From a virus (taxonomy: Duplodnaviria > Caudoviricetes), in the IMG/VR virus record IMGVR_UViG_3300004241_000039, positions 1-29,748 of that record: DNA of 29,748 bases; one strand, 5' to 3'. Positions 26,286 to 29,748 of this stretch are shown here, in pieces. How positions within the stretch are numbered: position 1 is the first letter of the stretch; every line of letters begins with the position of its first letter. Made by a program: the position numbers and the translations under genes. The notes below the pieces were generated by a model. That model made no database searches and was not told the DNA's origin. It was given only the letters and a program-made list of their open reading frames with translations.

Positions 26286-27113
26286 TTAAAAAGCAATCAT
26301 TTTAATTGGACTTTCAGTATCGAGTATATCAGAATCAATTATTTTAATATATCCAGCAGTAGTATTAATATTTTTGTGCCCTGCTATTTTTTGAACTCTT
26401 CTTAAATCAACACCATTTTTAATTAATTGAGTCAAACATGAATGTCTAAGGCTATGACTCGATATATTTTTATTTATTCCAGCCTCTTTGGCTTTGCTTT
26501 TAACTATGTTTTGAACGCTAGTAACAGAATATTTACCTCCCTTGCTGCCTTCAAATAAATACTCTTTGGTGTTATACAAGTCCCAGTATTTTCTTAAAAG
26601 ATCAAGCACAGATGAATCTAACATTACAACCCTGTCTATTTTGCCTTTTCCAGACCTTATGTTTATTTTATTGTTTTTTGTATCTATGTCTTTTAATTTT
26701 AGGTTTACAACCTCCGAAACCCTTATAGCACATGAATACATTAAGGCAATTATAGATTTATGTTTAATGTTTTGGGTGTGATTTAGTATGTTTAAAATTT
26801 CATCTGTTGATAAAATATCTGGTTGCTTTTGTTCCATTTTTGGCCTTGGTAAAATACTGTGGTCAAACTGTTTTCCATGTATTTCTTTAAAAAATGCCTT
26901 AAATGAATTTATAATAGCCATTTGTGTTGAACTACTTATTTTCCTTTTTTTGTCTTTTACGATATAACTACGCAAGTCATATTCTGTAATGTCCAAAATT
27001 GGTTTTTCAATCCTTTCAGAAATAAGTTTTATATTTCCGATATAAGACAAAATTGTTTTTTCGCTTAAATTTCTAAGCAATAATTTTTCTTCAAACTCTA
27101 TAATTTCGTTCAT
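26286..27113 (-). CDS. Tyrosine recombinase (integron-integrase-related, SAM-like N-domain), 275 aa
   Basis: Catalytic set present: IRVSE (R), GKGKIDR (K), HSLRH, AGH, TTAGY (Y). Confidence 0.95.
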   Translation of the reverse strand: MNEIIEFEEKLLLRNLSEKTILSYIGNIKLISERIEKPILDITEYDLRSYIVKDKKRKISSSTQMAIINSFKAFFKEIHGKQFDHSILPRPKMEQKQPDILSTDEILNILNHTQNIKHKSIIALMYSCAIRVSEVVNLKLKDIDTKNNKINIRSGKGKIDRVVMLDSSVLDLLRKYWDLYNTKEYLFEGSKGGKYSVTSVQNIVKSKAKEAGINKNISSHSLRHSCLTQLIKNGVDLRRVQKIAGHKNINTTAGYIKIIDSDILDTESPIKMIAF

Positions 27114-27136
27114 GTTAGATATTTAATAATTCAACA

Positions 27137-27167
27137 CAAATATACTATTATTTTTTTATATACACAA
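27137..27167 (-). promoter_or_regulatory. Promoter of the recombinase gene
   Basis: TTG (27167-27165), 20 nt spacer, TATATTTG (27144-27137). Confidence 0.7.
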
Positions 27168-27194
27168 TTATAGGCTATCTATACGTTAGCAACA
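27165..27194 (+). other. attI-like primary recombination site (crossover inferred at G|TT, 27185/27186)
   Basis: CGTTAGCAACA lies 72 nt from the recombinase start with no hairpin left arm. GTTAGCAACA is the exact reverse complement of TGTTGCTAAC at 27682-27691. Confidence 0.7.
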
Positions 27195-27197
27195 AAA

Positions 27198-27371
27198 TTA
27201 AGGCGCATCTTTCGGCACTATCTTAATTTCGAGATTGAGAGGCAAAAGCCATAAATTGAGCTTATTGACTAATCCGTTAAATGTGCGCTTGAAATTCTTT
27301 GGATTTTTACCTAAAGAATTTGAAAAAGCAGTCCAACTACCGAACTGCTTTTTAATTTCTTCGTCTAACAT
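27198..27371 (-). CDS. Cassette 1 ORF B (57 aa, possible small DNA-binding protein)
   Basis: Manually translated MLDEEIKKQFGSWTAFSNSLGKNPKNFKR...; TAATG-coupled to ORF A. Confidence 0.6.
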   Translation of the reverse strand: MLDEEIKKQFGSWTAFSNSLGKNPKNFKRTFNGLVNKLNLWLLPLNLEIKIVPKDAP

Positions 27372-27550
27372 TAGTTTTCCGTTCTAACGTCAAAATATTC
27401 AACTCCTTTTTCTGTAATTTTTGTATAATAACTGTGCTTTTCGCCATTTAATTTTTGTGCCTTTTCTCTTGCATCTTCTTTGGTGGAATAACGAGAATTA
27501 AAACTGTACATTTTGCCTTCAATTGCTTTTGTGATTTGTGTTGTTTTCAT
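27371..27550 (-). CDS. Cassette 1 ORF A (59 aa hypothetical)
   Basis: Manually translated MKTTQITKAIEGKMYSFNSRYSTKEDAREKAQKL...; A-rich leader. Confidence 0.6.
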   Translation of the reverse strand: MKTTQITKAIEGKMYSFNSRYSTKEDAREKAQKLNGEKHSYYTKITEKGVEYFDVRTEN

Positions 27551-27684
27551 TTTCTTTTAGATTAAGTATCTGATGTGTTTCAAATACTTCGTAAAGTTCG
27601 TAAATAGTTACGATATATGCAAGCGTTTATGTTGTAGAACACGTAATTAATTACGTTTTATTTTTTAATAAACTGAAATTCTGT

Positions 27685-27778
27685 TGCTAACAACAAATAA
27701 CAGTCAATGGCTGCGGCGGTGTAATTTTGAAACGGTAGCGCGAAAACACGCCACTGCTGTTATTTGCAGCCGTTATGG
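27685..27778 (+). repeat. attC-like site 1
   Basis: TGCTAAC-aa-CAAATAACAG-t-CAATGGC ... GCCACTG-CTGTTATTTG-cagcc-GTTATGG. Confidence 0.85.
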
Positions 27779-27784
27779 CGCAGT

Positions 27785-28012
27785 TTAACCCAGCTCTTCG
27801 ATTTCATATTCCAATTCACAGCAATCACCTTCTTTTATATTATCACGAAGCCATTCGGCAGCTTCTGGATAATCTTCACAATTAGTTCCATCTATCTCAC
27901 ATCCAGAATTATAAATTTCTGACAGTTGTTCAAATACTTTTTTAGATACTTCTAATCCACCAATACCAACCTTGTAAGTTACTTTTACTGTTAAATCTTC
28001 AATTGTTTTCAT
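27785..28012 (-). CDS. Cassette 2 hypothetical acidic protein (75 aa)
   Basis: ATG ORF occupying a single cassette. Confidence 0.75.
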   Translation of the reverse strand: MKTIEDLTVKVTYKVGIGGLEVSKKVFEQLSEIYNSGCEIDGTNCEDYPEAAEWLRDNIKEGDCCELEYEIEELG

Positions 28013-28055
28013 AAATATTTGTTTTAAAATTAGTTACTTAAATAAAAAACCGCGA

Positions 28056-28148
28056 CCATAACACAAACTATACATCAATTGCTGCACCTGTGCGGACAAC
28101 TTGCTTTTTTGCGGACACACGCAACTGTGTATAGTTTCAACGTTATAA
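28056..28148 (+). repeat. attC-like site 2
   Basis: CCATAAC-ac-AAACTATACA-t-CAATTGC ... GCAACTG-TGTATAGTTT-caac-GTTATAA. Confidence 0.85.
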
Positions 28149-28154
28149 ACGCAT

Positions 28155-28694
28155 TTAAAAAAGCTTCGTTGACAGGTTGTATCGGTTGAGAAATTCAATC
28201 TTAGACCTTTCGGGTAGCCAAAATTCAGCGTTTGAACTTTTAATAATGTTTTCAAATTCCCATTGAAGCATTTCGAAATCAGAATCCTTTGAATCTTTTG
28301 ATTCCTTCGGAACTCCAAATTTTTCAAAGATTAAATCTCTGGTTTTGTGCATCGCCTCAATTATCTCAGGGCATTTTTCTTGTATGATATTTTTTAAAGG
28401 TTTTATCATGTCGCCCCAATAAGCTTCTTCGGCATCGTGCATTAAAAAGGTCAATTTTCTGCCAACTGGCGCAATGTCATACATCATGCAGCAATGCTGT
28501 GCAACGCTCCAAAACTTTTGCGTATGTCCATTCCAACGGCAATTATTTGATAGTCCGTGAGCAATATCTTCAATCAAAATAGTTGCCGGATCAATATTGA
28601 AAAGGTTAACTAAAATGTTGCTTACCGTGATCATGTGACCATCATAAACGATCTTCTTGTTATCGAGGTCTAAGGCTGTTGTGATCTTTTCCAT
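28155..28694 (-). CDS. Cassette 3 HD-domain phosphohydrolase (YfbR-like nucleotidase family)
   Basis: DIAHGLS..CRWNGH...SVAQH...LMHDAEEAYWGD motifs. Confidence 0.85.
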   Translation of the reverse strand: MEKITTALDLDNKKIVYDGHMITVSNILVNLFNIDPATILIEDIAHGLSNNCRWNGHTQKFWSVAQHCCMMYDIAPVGRKLTFLMHDAEEAYWGDMIKPLKNIIQEKCPEIIEAMHKTRDLIFEKFGVPKESKDSKDSDFEMLQWEFENIIKSSNAEFWLPERSKIEFLNRYNLSTKLF

Positions 28695-28703
28695 AAAAAC
28701 GCG

Positions 28704-28833
28704 TTATAACCCCAGCTATATGTCAAGTCGGGTAGTGTTTGTAATTCGAGCGACCTAACCCGCTCGTTGGTTCGTGCAGCTTGACAAATTTTACCACGCA
28801 TCCCGCCCTGCACATAGCTGGATACCGTTAACG
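28704..28833 (+). repeat. attC-like site 3
   Basis: TTATAAC-cc-CAGCTATATG-t-CAAGTCGGG ... CCCGCCCTG-CACATAGCTG-gatacc-GTTAACG. Confidence 0.85.
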
Positions 28834-28834
28834 C

Positions 28835-29413
28835 CTACTGTAAAAGCGACACGAATCGACCTGCAATATTGCAAGTTTTCAGCGTTTCGACATTTTGAGA
28901 TCCATAAGCGACAAGAACAGAAGGTGCGCCAGCATTCATACTCGCTTTTTGTCCAGAAACATGATAAAACGTTAATCTGCCTTCAATAAAGAGTAAGGCA
29001 TCTGCCTTATTCCATACATGTTCAAAAAACATTCTCGTTTCAGTTCGTGCAAAAATTAAAGCTACACCGTTCCCATGTTCAGAAAGTTTTTTCAGCCATT
29101 TTGCAGCCTCTAATCCATAAGGCGGGTTGCACCAAACGCGACCAAACCAATCTTGTTTTAATCCATCTTTTTTAATGTCAAAATGGTTTAATGCAGTTTC
29201 CCAAGGTGCTTTAATTGGTGCGCAAGGATCTAAATCAAATACACCTAAAGCACCAATTATTTCAGGAGGAGTTAACCACTCGTCTTTGCCCATATTTGCG
29301 GATTCATGAGATCCCATTCCATTACGACGAGAAACAGCAGCGTTAACACCAACTATATGCAAGTTGGGTTTCTGTGCTTCGTTCGATTGTAATATCTGTA
29401 ATTGTTCATTCAT
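28835..29413 (-). CDS. Cassette 4 phage-type DNA N6-adenine methyltransferase
   Basis: DEWLTP, FDLDPCA, VWCNPPYG and ARTET motifs. Confidence 0.9.
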   Translation of the reverse strand: MNEQLQILQSNEAQKPNLHIVGVNAAVSRRNGMGSHESANMGKDEWLTPPEIIGALGVFDLDPCAPIKAPWETALNHFDIKKDGLKQDWFGRVWCNPPYGLEAAKWLKKLSEHGNGVALIFARTETRMFFEHVWNKADALLFIEGRLTFYHVSGQKASMNAGAPSVLVAYGSQNVETLKTCNIAGRFVSLLQ

Positions 29414-29470
29414 AATTTAATATTGTTTAGTGGGTTGCTCCCAACCTGACATATAGTTGAACCGTTATGC
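29341..29470 (+). repeat. attC-like site 4
   Basis: CGTTAAC-ac-CAACTATATG-CAAGTTGGG ... CCCAACCTG-a-CATATAGTTG-aacc-GTTATGC. Confidence 0.85.
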
Positions 29471-29476
29471 ACAACC

Positions 29477-29748
29477 TTAAAAAAGACCGTCCAACACATT
29501 TGAGATTGTTTCTAAATCTGATTTATGTTTTGGATTTCGACTTGAATAAGATTTTTTTGCTTCAATTGCGTAATTTACATTTTGAATACAAATAGTAAAT
29601 TCTGTTTCATTCCTTGTAAATTTATGTTTTGAGCATTGCAATTCTTCATCAGATACTTTAAAGCAACAGGTTTTTACTCCTGCTATTTTTGCCCCTGTTC
29701 TTTGTATTTCAATGCCATTTGTATTAGTAACCGTATCTGAGGTTATTT
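29477..29748 (-). CDS. Cassette 5 hypothetical protein, 5' end outside the window
   Basis: Frame open from the window edge (..ITSDTVTNTNGIEIQRTGAKIAGVKTCC...NVLDGLF*) to a TAA at 29479-29477. Confidence 0.65.
   Translation of the reverse strand, partial: ITSDTVTNTNGIEIQRTGAKIAGVKTCCFKVSDEELQCSKHKFTRNETEFTICIQNVNYAIEAKKSYSSRNPKHKSDLETISNVLDGLF

Larger units (their letters stand above)
1..29748 (-). mobile_element. Tailed phage/prophage segment (siphovirus-like, probable Bacteroidota host)
   Basis: Co-oriented terS-terL-portal-protease-capsid-neck-tail-tape measure-fibre-lysis order. No housekeeping host genes in the window. Confidence 0.95.
27185..29748 (+). mobile_element. Integron-like gene cassette array (4 complete cassettes and 1 partial)
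   Basis: Cassettes of 587, 370, 685 and 637 bp, each bounded by GTTA at the left and a TAAC...GTTA hairpin at the right. Confidence 0.85.

Noticed and set aside
2335-26781. Numerous plus-strand ORFs in the track
   Set aside because: They are antisense shadows of long, tightly packed minus-strand genes.
28034-28327. 97-aa minus-strand ORF, and plus-strand ORFs 28774..28989 and 29127..29309
   Set aside because: They overlap the HD gene, the methyltransferase or attC-like sites in other frames and have no recognisable motifs.
27685-29470. CRISPR array or plain terminators as the explanation for the repeated palindromes
   Set aside because: The units differ in sequence, are separated by whole genes, lack U-tracts and have no cas genes nearby. 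Cross-cassette flank complementarity fits recombination sites.
1-29748. Stop-codon reassignment
   Set aside because: Core genes are full length under the standard code, and TAG and TGA both serve as normal stops (e.g. terL and the methyltransferase end in TAG).

Overview
This window is part of an AT-rich tailed phage or prophage with a siphovirus-like gene order, and essentially every real gene lies on the minus strand. The host is probably a Bacteroidota member, judged from repeated TAnnTTTG/TTG promoter pairs, A-rich leaders and signal peptides followed by Gln. Reading right to left, it contains a cassette array next to a tyrosine recombinase, then terS/terL, portal, prohead protease, major capsid protein, neck and tail genes, tape measure, baseplate/fibre genes, a lysis module, a small RNA gene and a few early-type ORFs. 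Two unusual systems stand out. (1) At 26286-29748 is an integron-like platform: a recombinase without the IntI-specific insertion, an attI-like site at 27185 and four attC-like hairpins. The flanks of these sites show that each cassette would close into a circle, and the cargo ORFs are inverted relative to classical integrons. (2) At about 1020-1230 is a very compact, circularly permuted (two-piece) tmRNA-like gene with its own promoter, terminator, G3-U70 acceptor stem and tag frame (A)DNLEIKVAA*. Several tail- and capsid-region proteins also carry Sec-type signal peptides, one of them internally. All protein calls come from motif reading and gene order, not database searches.
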